Assembly: GCA_051047955.1 (NCBI GenBank)
Contig: JBPGPT010000034.1
Location: 62,001 to 126,000, forward strand
Origin: Cystobasidiomycetes sp. EMM_F5
Taxonomy: Eukaryota
Direction of reading: 5' to 3'
Length of the DNA: 64,000 nt
The notes under the pieces were generated by a model. That model saw only the letters and a program-made list of their open reading frames with translations, searched no databases and was not told where the DNA came from. Shown here piece after piece: positions 1-13,459 of this stretch. Position 1 is the first letter of the stretch, and every line of letters begins with the position of its first letter. The translations under genes and the position numbers were made by a program.

Positions 1-843
1 TGGACTGGGGTATCGAGCTTCGACCGTTTTCCCCGCCCACATGCCCCAATTTGCGCAAAACGCAATGTCTGGTTCTATATTTGAAGTCACTGGCATCTAT
101 CTTGGTGCGTGTACTGAAAATAGCCAGCACCATGCACGCTAACGCATTGATAAGTAGGCCTCATGCTGTGGGCGTTGTCGTAGGCAGATCTTTAGGTCCA
201 ACTCCCGCGCCGTCTGATACCTTGAGCTGTCTTCGACAGATGGTGGTTAACTCTCACGTCGTACGTATGGATCCTGACGTGTTTCTGGCGTCGAAAATTT
301 GCGTGGAGTGTGGTGCACTGGTATGTCTGTTTACTTGCTGCCACAAGCGTCACCATCGTAATGAAATAATCATTTAGGGGCTTGACATTTCCCGTTGCTG
401 GGTTGATATCGACTACAGTAAGCAATCTACCATCTCCTTCAGGCAACAAGGCTAACATGTCGTGATGGCCAACAGCTAATTCTGGGCCAGCGCCTGGATT
501 CCGGGTAAGACGTGCACGCATCTTCTGATGCTCGTCCTGGTCTCACTGCTTCATGTGCAGATTTCTTCGTACTCTTGGGACTGTGAAAGTCGTGATATGG
601 CTAATCAGCTGGTTATGGGCGCTATTTGCGAGCATAGTCGGTATCTGCAAGGGAGAGATATTTGCCGAAGGCAAGGACCAAAATGCCCCAACTCCTGACT
701 ACTTAGGCGAATTCTACAGGGTAGAGTCGGACAAGTCGGCCACCGAAGAAGGCCGGACAGATTCACCAAGAGGTAACGGCCATGTAACGCGGAATGCGCA
801 GACTGTTCGAGAAAGAGGCGTCGCGAGTCAATCACATGTGTAA
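1..843 (+). CDS. 3' part of a TDT/SLAC1-family transporter (Ssu1/Mae1-like sulfite efflux or C4-dicarboxylate transporter); 5'-truncated by the window edge, multi-exon
   Basis: Splicing by eye gives ...GIYLGLMLWALSWWLTLTSYVWILTCFWRRKFAWSVVHW|GLTFPVAGLISTT|LILGQRLDSG|FLRTLGTVKVVIWLISWLW...; the W-x-x-T-F-P motif and transmembrane pattern fit the TDT family. Stop TAA at 841-843. Confidence 0.6.
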
Positions 844-932
844 TGGACCCATCACTCAACATGTAAAATAGTAGCATTACACATCAGTAGCATCCTCGCG
901 GCGCCAGCACCGTATGCCATAGTAACCAGCAC

Positions 933-2219
933 TCATGAGCGCCTGGGGATTGATTGGCCAGTGTTCCGACCTTTCTTCTTCTGACGTGCTTGCTCCTTCC
1001 TGACTGCATTGTTGAATTTGCCTTTACCGTGTGGAGTGACCTCCGAACCGCCTGGTAGACCATTTGTGTGTACAAGCTCTGCATCAACAGCACGACCAGG
1101 TGCTCTCTTTTCGCGCTTGAGAGCACGAAGTTGGTCGTATCCGTCCGCTTGACCAGTCTTCTTGCGCTTGGCGATACTGCCCAGAATGTCGTCGAATTCT
1201 GATTCGATGCCCGGAGCACGTCGTCCTCGTACGCCCTTGGATCCAGCCATGAGATCCTCTCTGGTTCCTGTCCCGCCTAGCGCAATCTCCTCCTCGTCCA
1301 TTCGTCTCCGTTTCGAATCCTTCTTTGTCATAAACAAGCGTGTCATATTCTCCTCCTCGTACCGCGTAATCTCGGCAAGCTTTGCGGCCTTTCGAGATTG
1401 CAACGCCGGCGTTATCGACAGACCAGATGTGGACTCCATATATGGGTTGGAGGCCGATTGTACGAGCGATGTGGCCATATCCCGTACGAGGGCATTCGGA
1501 GCTGGTTTGCGTACTTTCTTGCCTGTAAGGTCAAGTCATATGAGTATGTAACCTCAAAAAAGCCGAAGTAGGGTTCTCGACCCACCCCTTGTGTCCTCAT
1601 TATATGCAACAGGAGCCAGCCTCGGTGGTCGATAGATGCCGTCGCTCGGCCCAGCAACACCTTTCACGCCGCCGTCTTCGTCTGAGCCTGCGTCCGGGTC
1701 GTCTTGACCAGCGAGGGCAGCAGGGTTGGGCTTGAAAGCGAGGGGATCTGAGTGAAGAGAAGATCTCAACCTAGACACTTGTTCGCAAGCCATCCTTTCC
1801 ATCTTACCATTTGCAATCTCCTCGTCTCTGATGCCACTACCGCCATTCTCCGCTTCCTGCCTGTCGGCCGCATCTGCTCGACTGACAAGTTTGTCAATCT
1901 GGTAGCGGAGTTTCGTCTCGAGGGGCTTGATCTTTTCGAGAATGACACGCTGGCGTACGAGCTGTTCGACCAGACTGGATCTCACCCTGTCGTCCGAGTC
2001 TAGCGACCGTCCGTGAAGCCTGGCGAGGGTCAACAGGACCAAGTTGTGCATGTATGCTAGCATGAGCGAGTTTTTGAGGGACAGAAGTGAGATTCCATCT
2101 GGAGTTGCTGCAGCGCCATCCTTCAGGCTGCTGGAAAGCAGGCCATTGCAGCTGGCCGCGGACTCTGCAATGGCAGCGAGGGTCTGCTTGAACAGCGGGA
2201 CATCTTGCAGCTCGTCCAT
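933..2219 (-). CDS. LCP5: Neuroguidin/Lcp5 (Sas10/Utp3/C1D family), U3 snoRNP component
   Basis: GISLLSLKNSLMLAY, LEKIKPLETKLRYQIDKL, DPLAFKPNP, GIYRPPR and YEEENMTRL motifs; about 2 introns. Confidence 0.9.
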
Positions 2220-2424
2220 GGTATCGCCAGTGTTTTTTGTGAAGAAACAAGCAGCCTGCAAAGCAAAACTTGAAGTATGCGTTCAGAAGTTAGTATTGAT
2301 CGAGTATCGTTTGTAACATGACCAGCTTGGCTTGGACCAACACTGACACTCTGCTACTGCGCCTGCTCTGCCCCCGTCTCATTCGTACTTCACTCCCGAC
2401 TAATCTAGCTAATCTTTCGCAAAC

Positions 2425-3946
2425 ATGGGTGTAGTGCGTCAAGAATGGCCAGTTTTGAATGTACGCTCGCCGGCTGGCAGGCTAAAGTAGCTCTTACTCG
2501 CAGCTCGAAAAGATCAACGAGATCCAGGCCGAAATGGCAAAGACGCAAAAGAACAAGGCCACAGAGTAAGTATACGATATACGATATGGGCCAAGAACGC
2601 AGTTGATCATCACAACCGCAGATACCATCTAGGCTTACTCAAAGCGAAATTGGCAAAGTATCGTGTATGTGCCGCTCTCATTCCAGATTGATCCGTATAG
2701 CCTAAGTCTAGTTCGATGAATAGGCCCAGTTGTTGGAACCAGACAAAAAGTCTGGCAAAGCTGGCGAGGGATTCGACGTGCGTATTCTGAGAAAGCCCTT
2801 GTCGACGCCTCCCCACTCACTCGTTTGTCTTCGCTGATCCAGGTCACAAAGTCCGGAGATGCGCGCGTCGCCCTCATTGGTTTTCCATCAGTCGGAAAGT
2901 CATCTCTACTCAGCAAAATGACAAATACCGAATCCTCTGTCGCAGCATACGAATACGTACGCCCTAACCTCTGTCTTCTAGACACGTCGCTGAAGCACTG
3001 TTACATAGACAACCTTGACAGCCATTCCCGGCGTGTTGGAGATCGAAGGTGCTAGGATACAGCTGCTTGATCTGCCGGGTATCATTGAAGGCGCAGCATC
3101 GGGTCGAGGACGAGGGCGCCAGGTAGTGGCAGTCGCAAAGACGGCTGATCTTATCCTCATCGTACTCGATGTAGCGAAGGCCGAAGAACAAAAGCGCTTG
3201 CTAGAAATCGAGCTGGAAGCCATCGGTATTCGCATCAACCGTAAAAGACCAGATGTTCTGCTCAAGCCCAAGAAAGCGGGAGGAGTTTCCATAAGTCACA
3301 CGGTCCCCTTGACGAAGATTGACGAGAAGACGATTCGGACCATCGTGTGTTTCGTGATGTATATCCAGTGGCGAGTATGGCTGATTGGAGATGGCTCCAT
3401 TTCAGCTGTCGGGGAACAAGTTGCACAACATGGACGTTTACGTCCGCGAGGACATAACGGTAGACGAATTCATTGATGTCCTCATCGGCAATCGGCGATA
3501 CGTACAGTGTCTGTACGTGTACAACAAGATAGACACGATCAGCATCGAACGAGTGGACGAAATTGCGCGGCAACCCAACACTGTCGTAATTTCTTGCGAA
3601 GACGAGCTGAACCTCGACGGCCTACGGAAAGCTATCTGGGACAAGCTGGGTCTGCTCCGGGTGTATACCAAGCCAAGAGGGCGGCCTGTGGACCTCAACG
3701 ACCCATTAGTAGTGAGAAGCGATGCAACAGTCGAAGATGTGGTAAGTCCAGAATCCCAAGTCACGGTCGGCCGTCTGAAATCATGAACGTTGATGACAGT
3801 GTAATGCAATTCATCGCTCGATTGCCTCGCACTTCAAGTATGCCATGGTACACGGCAAGAGCAGTCGCTTCAATCCAAACGGTCAGAGAGTGCCTTTAAG
3901 CCATAAAGTGGCGGATCAGGACGTGTGTGCGATATTTACGAATTGA
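2425..3946 (+). CDS. RBG2: Developmentally regulated GTP-binding protein (DRG2/Rbg2), many introns
   Basis: [25 protein letters not shown]1 [22 protein letters not shown], and a TGS domain ending [10 protein letters not shown]. Confidence 0.92.
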
Positions 3947-4129
3947 GGCTGGCCTGATTACGTTAAAGATTGTCCCCAATTGTTGTTGTACGCATTACAA
4001 GGAGCGACTGGTACTGAGACTGTCCAGTGTGATGTTGAGGTTGGTCAGAAATATCAGCATCATTCATGTTATGAGTTTCGCTGCATTTGCTTCGCCTAGC
4101 CTTATAAAAAAGTCTATCGCTACATTGCT

Positions 4130-5002
4130 TTACTTCGTTGCCTTCTTGACTTCAGTCGCAGCTTCGTCCATGATGTCAGATCACGACTGTCGTCACAAGA
4201 TGAAACCTCTGCACTGACCTTGGTTTACCTTTTTTCCAATCTCGGATGTGACCTGATCAGCGGTATAGCTTGCATCGGTAGCTTTACCCTTGAGATCCTC
4301 TGCCAATTTAGCCCCTTCTCTAGATGCCTGGTTGGTTGCAGAGTCTGTTTCTGCGGCGGCACGATTGGCGGCGTGGCTTGTCTCTGCCGAAGCCCGATTC
4401 GCGGCGTAGTTGGCGTTGGCTGAAGCGGAGTTGGCAGCCTCAGAAGCCTTTTGCGATGCAGCGTTCCCGACTTCGGATGCCTTTTGTGTTGCAGCGCTAG
4501 CAGTCGCGGAAGCCTTCTGCGATGCTACGCCAGCCGCGGATTTTACCGCTTCAGCAGCTATTTGAAGTGTAGTATGTAATGAATTCGGGACAGTAGTCGG
4601 TTCGCCAGAGTAGAGGGTCCCAGAAGTGAAGCAGTCAGCTTTGAGAAAATCGTATACATTGGCACAAAGCGGCATGCGAGAAGAAAGAAGGCGGCGCCAA
4701 GCGTACCCTTTTCACTCTGTCAAACGTGATACAAACTGGCGTCAGCCCTTGGATTCACCCAAAGATTTTTGCGACTTACAGGTTTGATGACGTTTTCTAG
4801 GAGGACCTCGCCAGCCTTCTTGTTCACCTAAATGGCACATATTTGCTAAGTTCTCTATAGAGAACCACCTCTAAAGAGCGCATACCTGGTCTGCAGCATC
4901 CTTGACCTGGTCAACGGCGCTCTTTCTGACCAGCGGGGTCGACACGAAAGTCCTTCGCGCAACGACTGCACGGAATACGGAAGCTGAGCGGAATGCCTGC
5001 AT
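4130..5002 (-). CDS. LEA-like (11-mer repeat) protein with predicted mitochondrial presequence
   Basis: N-terminus MQAFRSASVFRAVVARRTFVST; Ala/Ser/Lys-rich 11-aa repeats (ASQKASATASA, ATQKASEVGNA, ASQKASEAANS...); 5 exons including a 10-nt exon at 4707-4716. Confidence 0.75.
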
Positions 5003-5313
5003 GGTCTGCGAGTTTATCGTGAGTGCTGTCACTGTAAATTGCGATATCTCAAGCTGGCTGGAGGTCAAGAACGGCAGACCGCAAAAACGACCAAGTAGAT
5101 TTCAGGCACAAAACGTCATAAGTTAGCAACGAGGAATATCAGATGCAACAGGCAAGTACGTCGAGCGAGACGCATAATTGGGACGAGCTATTATAGACAT
5201 TGTATCCGCTGCTTTCATCCGGTTCATTGGATCGCTTCTCACAGACAGACTCGTAGACATGTCGTATCGATCTCCACATTCTGTGGCCCCGCCTACCTGA
5301 CAAAAGCCGCTCT

Positions 5314-5929
5314 TCACGGCGACTTGATAGCTGGATCTGTTGACTTTGGCTTGCTAGAGACTGTATGTTACAGAGGCCCGCATGTCATAAACATGCGCGA
5401 GTCGAGGTGGGATTCTGCAAGACTCACGCTTGTCCTTGACTAGGTCCTTCTGGAGTATTAGAATAGACATCAGTGAAAAGTCTAGAGCTGCTAGGGCTTC
5501 CGACGCACGGCATGCTGCGCTGAAGCCTGTTTGATCCCACAATGTCGTCATCAGCTTAAATCGAGGCGGATTTGAGAAGACGCTCGGCATACCTTTCCTT
5601 CACTAGTTCCATCCGAGAAGATCTCCTTTGCAGCTGTACCAATATCTGCCAGCGTTTCCTTTACAGCTCGAGCCGCTCCAGCGACTCCGGTAGCCGTCTT
5701 TCCGAGGAGCGTAGATCGCAGACTCAGCCGCAACTTTTGACTGAAACGGCCATAGCAGTCTCTATGTGCTCACATTCTTTGCACCTCGCTTGAAGCTGTC
5801 CTTTGCGGCGTCCGCAGCTTTGGCAACTTCATCGGCTCTGCGGGGCGTGATAGCGAGCCCTCTAGCCGCAACGAGACTGGGACGAGCAGCCAATACGGCT
5901 GTCCGTCTGAGGAGGATAGCTGATTGCAT
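5314..5929 (-). CDS. Small Ala/Lys-rich LEA-like protein with predicted mitochondrial presequence
   Basis: MQSAILLRRTAVLAARPSLVAARGLAITPRRADEVAKAADAAKDSFKRGAKN|TATGVAGAARAVKETLADIGTAAKEIF...; 5 exons join in frame through canonical splice sites to ...DPAIKSP*. Confidence 0.65.
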
Positions 5930-6116
5930 GTTGGTGTATGGTAATTGAAAACGGTATATGCAGAGTTACAGCGACTTGAGTTCAGTTGTTGCAGAGAAGA
6001 GCGTCATCAGCCGGTCAAGCATACGGCAACTCGTGGAATATCTATCGGATAACCTGAACCAATGACACGGCCATGCTGACTGAATGCTGGCTCCTTCTGG
6101 CACTGATTTCATAGAG

Positions 6117-8185
6117 ATGTCGCTAATGAACCCCCACCTCGTCAAACCACGCCAACAAAATACAAAGGTTTGGCGGCTTTCGCTGGGTTTCTTTCTGCTG
6201 GGACTGCTCAAGTGAGCACATAAACGACGTAATCTAGCATACGTAGGTCCTGATCTAATTCTACGGTCTTAGTAACGTCCTCTACGTAAAAATATCGACA
6301 TAAACGACTCCAAAGTAACGACTGATAGTCATACGCTATAGGTCATCATCTTGAGTGCCGCATTGGATCTGGTTCCTGCGGTAGGTTCCAAGAAATTTAC
6401 ATGGCCCTTAGGATTAGGACTTGCGATATGTCTGACGATCCGAACTTCAGGATGTACCGAAAGGCGTAAGGGCCTGCCTATAGTACTGACTGCGGACCCC
6501 TCAATTTATATTGTCTCTTTGACTGTCTCAGGTCATTCTATTTGCAAACATCTTCCCGGCGCTTTGTGTCAAGATAGGGTGGCCTTACTTTGTTCCCGGC
6601 AGAGTGCGATATGGCCGGCGCGTTATTGGATGTTCATTGCTATCGTTCATGGGCATTCTTGTACGGCTTCTCTGACCACTCTCCACGATTTTCAAGCTGA
6701 AACCTCGACTTCTTCAGTTGGTGGCTGCCACAAACTCGCTTCAACCGCGCCTGTTTGGAATAGCTCTCGCATCCTTCTCGTCAGGTCTAGGGGAGATGAC
6801 GTACTTACAACGCTCGACCTGTTATGGCAACGAGACCGTATCCAAAGCAGCGGTTGGCTGGTTCTCATCCGGTACCGGGGCAGCAGGTCTCGTCGGAGCA
6901 GGCCTCTGGTGGGAACTGCGTGGTTTGGGCGTCAAAGCGGGCTGCGGGCTCAGTTCGGTAGGGCGGGCATTATCAGCCGAATTATGTACTGCAATCTCAC
7001 ATCTTTTTCTCAGATACTGCCCATCCTGATGGGCATAGCCTATTTCGCATTGATTCCAGGCTCGTCTGCCTTTCGTACCGACAAGTTCACTGGGCCCGTT
7101 GAAGAAGATGAAGCTGTTCGAGATCGGCCAATGCAAGAAGAAGCTGCTGACGATACTGCACCCCTCATCGCACGGTCTCAAGATAGGGAGGAGTTCGTCG
7201 GAAATATTGACACGGCTGTCAAACCGCAATTCTCGTCAAAGGAGAAACTCGATCTCGCTCTTCCCTTATTCCTACCATTCATGGTTCCGCTTTTTGTTGT
7301 CTACTTTGCAGAAGTGAGTCGCTACTTCACCAAGGCTATCCATGCTACTAACGCGTTCCCCATCCATTAGTACACTGTAAACACTGGCGTGTCTCCTACC
7401 TTACTCTATCCCGTGCCAAACAAGAACGATCATTGGATATTAGCCAGTGTAATTACTAAGCTTAGCGACTGTGAGTCTACCAGCCCAGCAATTACGTCAA
7501 GGGTCCTGCTGTGCTGATTTCGAAAATTCTAGACTACCCGCTCTGGCAACTGATATACCAGGTAGGCAGTCTTTTGTAGATGCAGAGCGCGCGAGATAAT
7601 GGATCTGACAAGCTCTGTGAAGACGTTCGTCTTCTTCTCCCGCTCATCAATGGTCATATTCCAAATACCTCCGTTGCCGAGATGGGCACTACCCTTGCCT
7701 TCTGCGGCACAAGCATGCGTGCTGCTCATCGCCGTCTCCGAATCCATGCATGGAGCGTTTACTTGGCTCTTTGGTCCAGCGTACGCGATAATCGCGTGCG
7801 CGTGCTTGGTAGCTGTTGAAGGCCTTTCCGGCGGTCTAAGCTATGGCAACATGTACTATCACGTCGGCCTTATTCCCGAGAAGGAGGACAACGTCGACAC
7901 AAAGACGACGTTGGCTCGCCGCGAATTCAGGATTGCATGTGTAGGTTTCGCTGACACGTTGGGCATTCTGGCTGCAAGGTCAGTCTAGATGGAGACTGTT
8001 CACTTATAGTCTGTCGCTCATGGTGGATTTCCGTCTGCTCAGCCTCGTCAGCTTGTGGCTAGAGCCTACCTTGTGCAGTTGTGCGTCGTTTCCCGCATGG
8101 CGTCTCGTAAGCTTTCTCACTGACCGTTTCTCCCTGTTTAGACCAAATTTCGACTGGACGGACTCTGTGCAAACAAGTGAAATAG
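6117..8185 (+). CDS. BTN1: Battenin/CLN3 vacuolar membrane protein
   Basis: FFLLGLLNNVLYVIILSAALDLV, LASFSSGLGE, WFSSGTGAAGLVGA, FVFFSRSS and EGLSGGLSY motifs; multiple introns and micro-exons. Confidence 0.92.
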
Positions 8186-8374
8186 AAATCAACATGTCGT
8201 CAGCATAGAAGTGTCAGAGTCCGTTGTTCCATGTTTCCCAATCGTATCGTACGCAATGACTGTTCCAGAATTTCGGTCAAGCAAGTCGGGTCTGCTCTCT
8301 CCGGACAACCTGAAGCAGACATGGCTGCCAGCAATGTCGGGCAACGACTGCTGTGCAGATGCAGCTTCCCATCC

Positions 8375-10376
8375 ATGCTTGCTGGGCCATCCAGGCTGCC
8401 AGCAGCTGAACCTAGTCGGCGGCGTCATGCTTCGTCGTTTTCAGCCAGGTCTGCGAGCAAGAAAAGCAGCAGCAAGTCCAGCTTCGACACTCACACGGCG
8501 CACGCTCGTAGGGTAGAGGTGCGCATCCTTTCCCCCGCTTCTATCAGACCATTGCTGGTATTGACCGAACATCAAAATTTTGGCATTGCTGCACCGTTTT
8601 TGAAACAGGCTCGTCGCAACTTTCACTCGTCTGCAGCAAGGAGCGCGCCCAAGAACCCTTACCAAGCTCTTGGTGTCAACAAGACTGCGTCGGCTTCGGA
8701 GATCAAGAAAGCTTACTACCAGGTTTGTTCTACTGTCGAATGGCAGCCTCAGCTGCCTGTACTGACAAATACTGTCAATGTAGCTCGCAAAGCAATATCA
8801 TCCTGACACCAACAAGGATCCATCGGCAAAAACCAAGTTTGTCGAAATACAGGAAGCTTACGATGTGCGTAACTTTAATGCACGTTTGGTCGAAAGCCGG
8901 CGCATCGTGGCTGACAGTCAATGCATACAGACACTCGGCGACGAGAAGAAACGTACGGCATTCGATAAATATGGCGCTGCGGCACAACAGCCTGGCTTCA
9001 GTGAAGAAGCTTACGCTAGGGCGTCTTCATCACCCTTCGGTGGCGGATTTGGCGGATTCGAGGACCTGTTTGGAGGGCGAGGTGGCTCGGCCGGGCCAGG
9101 TCAAGGAAGTCCTGCAGACATATTTGAAAGCATGTTTGGAGGAGGTTTTGGAGCCCGCCCAGGAGCCGCCCGCCCGGGAGCTTCGCAAGGGCCAGGGGAA
9201 GATTTACAGACAACGATTCGAATACCGTTCCTGGAAGCGTGTAAGGGCACAGTGCGAGTCGTCGATATCGCGCCAGTCGTTGAATGCCCAACATGCACTG
9301 GAACTGGCATGAAAGCCGGGGCAAAAGCCAAAACATGTCAGACCTGTAACGGGTCTGGCATGCAGCAATTCATCATACAGAACGGGTTCGCTATGAGTAC
9401 CACGTGCCAGAGCTGTAGAGGAACAGGAAGCCGCACAGATCCAAAAGACTCGTGCTCGGGTTGCGGAGGGGTTGGCAAAGTCCGCACATCGAAGAAGGTC
9501 GAAGTCAAGATTCTAGCTGGTGTCGACGATGGAATGCGCTTGACAATGCCTGGGATGGGAGACGTTCCACTTGAAGGCAAAGGCCGACCTGGTGACTTAC
9601 ACGTACGGATCGAAGTTGTGCCAAGCAAGAACTTCCGGCGGCAAGGAGCGAATCTGTACCATTCTCGCACCGTACCTTTCCATACTGCCATTCTCGGCGG
9701 CCGTGTCACGGTCAATACACTCGAGGAAGACGTCCAAGTACGCGTTCCCCAAGGGACACAACCAGGAGAAGAAATGGTTCTTCGAGGTCGCGGAGTTCAG
9801 AAACTAAATCGCAGTGACCGCGGAGATTTGTTCGTCCGCTTCAACGTGACTTTGCCTCGTTCGCTCAGCCCCAGGCAGCGCGAATTACTCGAGGAGTACG
9901 TAGATGACCTCGAGGGCAGGCCATCGCAGCGCCAAAAGGTTGCCGAAGCTACAGCTTCAGGAGAAGCGGATGCCGAGCCCTCCTCAAAAGAAGATTCCTC
10001 ATCTGACACTGATCAGACTACAACTCCTGAGACGAAAGATGAATCGTCGTCTACCTCAGCATCATCAGGTTAGTCCATAGGTTAGTCTAGCCTTGCATTG
10101 GTTCCTCGGAGGCCACTCGCTTGCTTTCACATCCACTACCCTGATTGCCAAGTCATGATTACTCACACATGGCTTGTCATAGGTATCAAACGGACCGCGA
10201 GTGGAGCCAATAGTCGTCATAATAACAAGCTTGCTTCTTCCCCTTCATCCAGATTGAAAACTAATGACGATGAGCCATTAGTGGAACTCGAGCGTGAAGG
10301 CAACAATAACAAATCACATGGATTTTGGTCGAATCTGAAGGATGCGGCGTCAGGCTTATTCAAGAACTCCCGTTGA
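8375..10376 (+). CDS. MDJ1: Mitochondrial DnaJ (class A Hsp40)
   Basis: Presequence plus NFHSS, J-domain (KNPYQALGV...YHPD), G/F region, four CxxCxGxG repeats, and DnaJ C-terminal domain. Start codon uncertain. Confidence 0.9.
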
Positions 10377-10834
10377 TTGTCGCCTTCGCTTTGATCATCA
10401 AGCACGTCCATTCCCGTCAACCGTTCGGAGTGTCGACTCTGGCGGCAAGTCCGTCGCGAACGCAATATAGATCGATGGATGGCAAGAAGAGCTCTATCAT
10501 GTACCGTGGCCGTAGTCGTCCCAAAGCATAGTGCGCCTCAAAGCACCATGCACAACTAGTCATATCGTTCATATAGGCTCAGCGAAAGACCGCATGTTGT
10601 TGTTACATTGAGTGACACCCCTACTGAGCTTGTACACGCATCGTCAGCATAGAAATAACAGTGATACTTGGAGTCAACACCCTTTTCACAGTGCGCTTGG
10701 ATCGGGACTGTGCTTGCTGGTTTATTGATCAGGTTTGTATCATGCCGGGTAAACAGAACGACGTAATAGAGGATACATAGAAGTGATAGAGAATACTGCC
10801 CGTAGTGAAATTACATCGCGATGAGGAAGCGTGG

Positions 10835-11737
10835 TCAGTCCCTACGCAGCTTATCCAGTCTCGCTTGTAAGTCGTCAACTTCAGAATCTTGCCCTCCGAG
10901 CGACGATGACGGGCCCGCGTCACCAGAGCCCAAAGCTACTGCTTGCCGTTGTTCAGGAACTGCTTCCGATGAACCCAGCGCTGTTGGTGTCTCGCCGAGC
11001 TGAAGGGACATGATACTTTGAGAACGAGGAACGGTTGTCGATGGGTAGGTAGGAACTGACCTGTTGACTCATGTTGACGCCCAGCTCGTCCAAGACTTGT
11101 TTCAGTATCTTGTCAGACTCTTCTTCTTCTGTCTCGCCTTCGTCATCCATGATATCGTCGATAGTATCGCCCATCATCTCCTCCTTCATGTCCATGGCGG
11201 AACTTTCGCGCTCAAAGTCCTGCAGGATCTTGCTGATTTGGGGTAGATTCATCGTTCTCGACATCATCGACATTGCTCGTGTTGCTCCCTTCATTGCTTC
11301 TGCCATTTGTTGATTGGATCTCAGGGTCTGGAGGCGTAGACTGACTGCTTGTAGCTGAGTCCGCATGGCGTAGAATTTGCCAATGTACCTCCTCGTCCGG
11401 ACTAGATCTTTCGCTTGTATCTTGCACGAGCCCATCTGGCCCGCCTTGGCTGCCTTCTTGATGTCGAGGACTGTGTTTGTATCGTATTCAGCGCTCAATG
11501 ACGGCAGTGCTCGGCGTTTCCGACCCGCCTAGCTTCTTTTCCTGCTGTTCGAGCTTTGCGCGCTCCCTGTCTAGTTCACGCTGACTGCGCTGAAGCAGCC
11601 TCTGATGCTGCCTGAGCTGCTCGGCGGGCGTCTTTGTCCGCCCGAACAGGGTATCCTGGGTATCGTCAGTTTACCCAAGTCAGCCCCATTCCCGGCCGTC
11701 GTCTTCAGTTCATGGCGCAGCTTGCAATTATGTTCAT
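10835..11737 (-). CDS. VPS2: ESCRT-III subunit Vps2/Did4 (CHMP2A)
   Basis: MNII|DTLFGRTKTPAEQLRQHQR, AKDLVRTRRY, MKEEMMGDTIDD, and C-terminal MIM DDLQARLDKLRRD*. The first two introns have GC donors. Confidence 0.93.
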
Positions 11738-11866
11738 TGTAGTCGCACTTCAGCCCAGTGCTGGCTTGGGAATTGAACCGGAATCAAGACGTAAACGCGT
11801 TTCAAATGACGCTCGTTGTATTGCAGACAACTCTGCTGATATTTCTAATATTTGCTGGCTCATCGC

Positions 11867-12073
11867 ATGCCTACGCCCTACAACGGAGCACACACAGCAG
11901 TCCGACGAAGTGCCCGCAGAGGATCCAGCACTGGGTCGCCCATTGTCCTGTTTGGTGGATTCGCAGCCATCGCAGGGCTGTCACTGTTTGCATTCTCAAA
12001 GCTCGCCCAGCGAAGAGGCGTGCCGCTCGAAAAGGGTCAAGAACGCAAGACGAAAGAGTACTGGAACTATTGA
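11867..12073 (+). CDS. Putative small single-pass membrane protein (68 aa)
   Basis: ATG ORF with an Arg-rich N-terminus, one hydrophobic segment (IVLFGGFAAIAGLSLFAF) and a basic tail; head-to-head with VPS2. Confidence 0.4.
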   Translation: MPTPYNGAHTAVRRSARRGSSTGSPIVLFGGFAAIAGLSLFAFSKLAQRRGVPLEKGQERKTKEYWNY

Positions 12074-12379
12074 CGCCGCATTCGCTGTTGTCGGGTGGAA
12101 ATCGCAGCAATGCCGGCCATTATTGATAAAGTGAAGGATGCCCTCGGGTTGGGCCAGGAAGGAACGGCTACGGCCACTTCTTCGGGTGTCAGTACACCCG
12201 CACACGTCTCAGCAGCTGGACAGCCCTTGCCGCAAGGTGCGCAGAGCAGTGGATAGGATAGGATGTCTCGCGAAAGCCGACTAATGCACCGAAATAATAC
12301 ACTAGATCAACATGCTCTGACTCAGTCTGAATCCACTGGGAGAAACGACTCTACTGGTCAAGTCGGTCTGCCTTTGACC

Positions 12380-13218
<839 letters not shown>

Positions 13219-13459
13219 TTTAGACACCTGTTGTCCACTAGCTCGTCACTGCGTTGTCGCGACTATTTCAATCCATGTGACTTGTTTTCTAATTGCCAAT
13301 TACAAACTGGAAATTGCGTCTTGCTTTGCGCCACCTACCCTCGAGGCCAAACGACGAGCTTGGATTCCAGCCAACTCCAGGACTTCGCGGGAAGCTCCGT
13401 GGACAGCGGAAACTGCAGCCAACCCTTCTTGGAAACGCACTCATTGCTGCGAGGAAGCC

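Noticed and set aside
10069..10090. Duplicated GTTAGT donor in the last MDJ1 intron
   Set aside because: Either outcome changes only the low-complexity tail after all DnaJ domains; no evidence of function.
13275..13280. Start-stop uORF (ATGTGA) upstream of MET30
   Set aside because: It lies only ~57 nt past the URA6 stop and is probably in its 3' UTR; the MET30 TSS is unknown.
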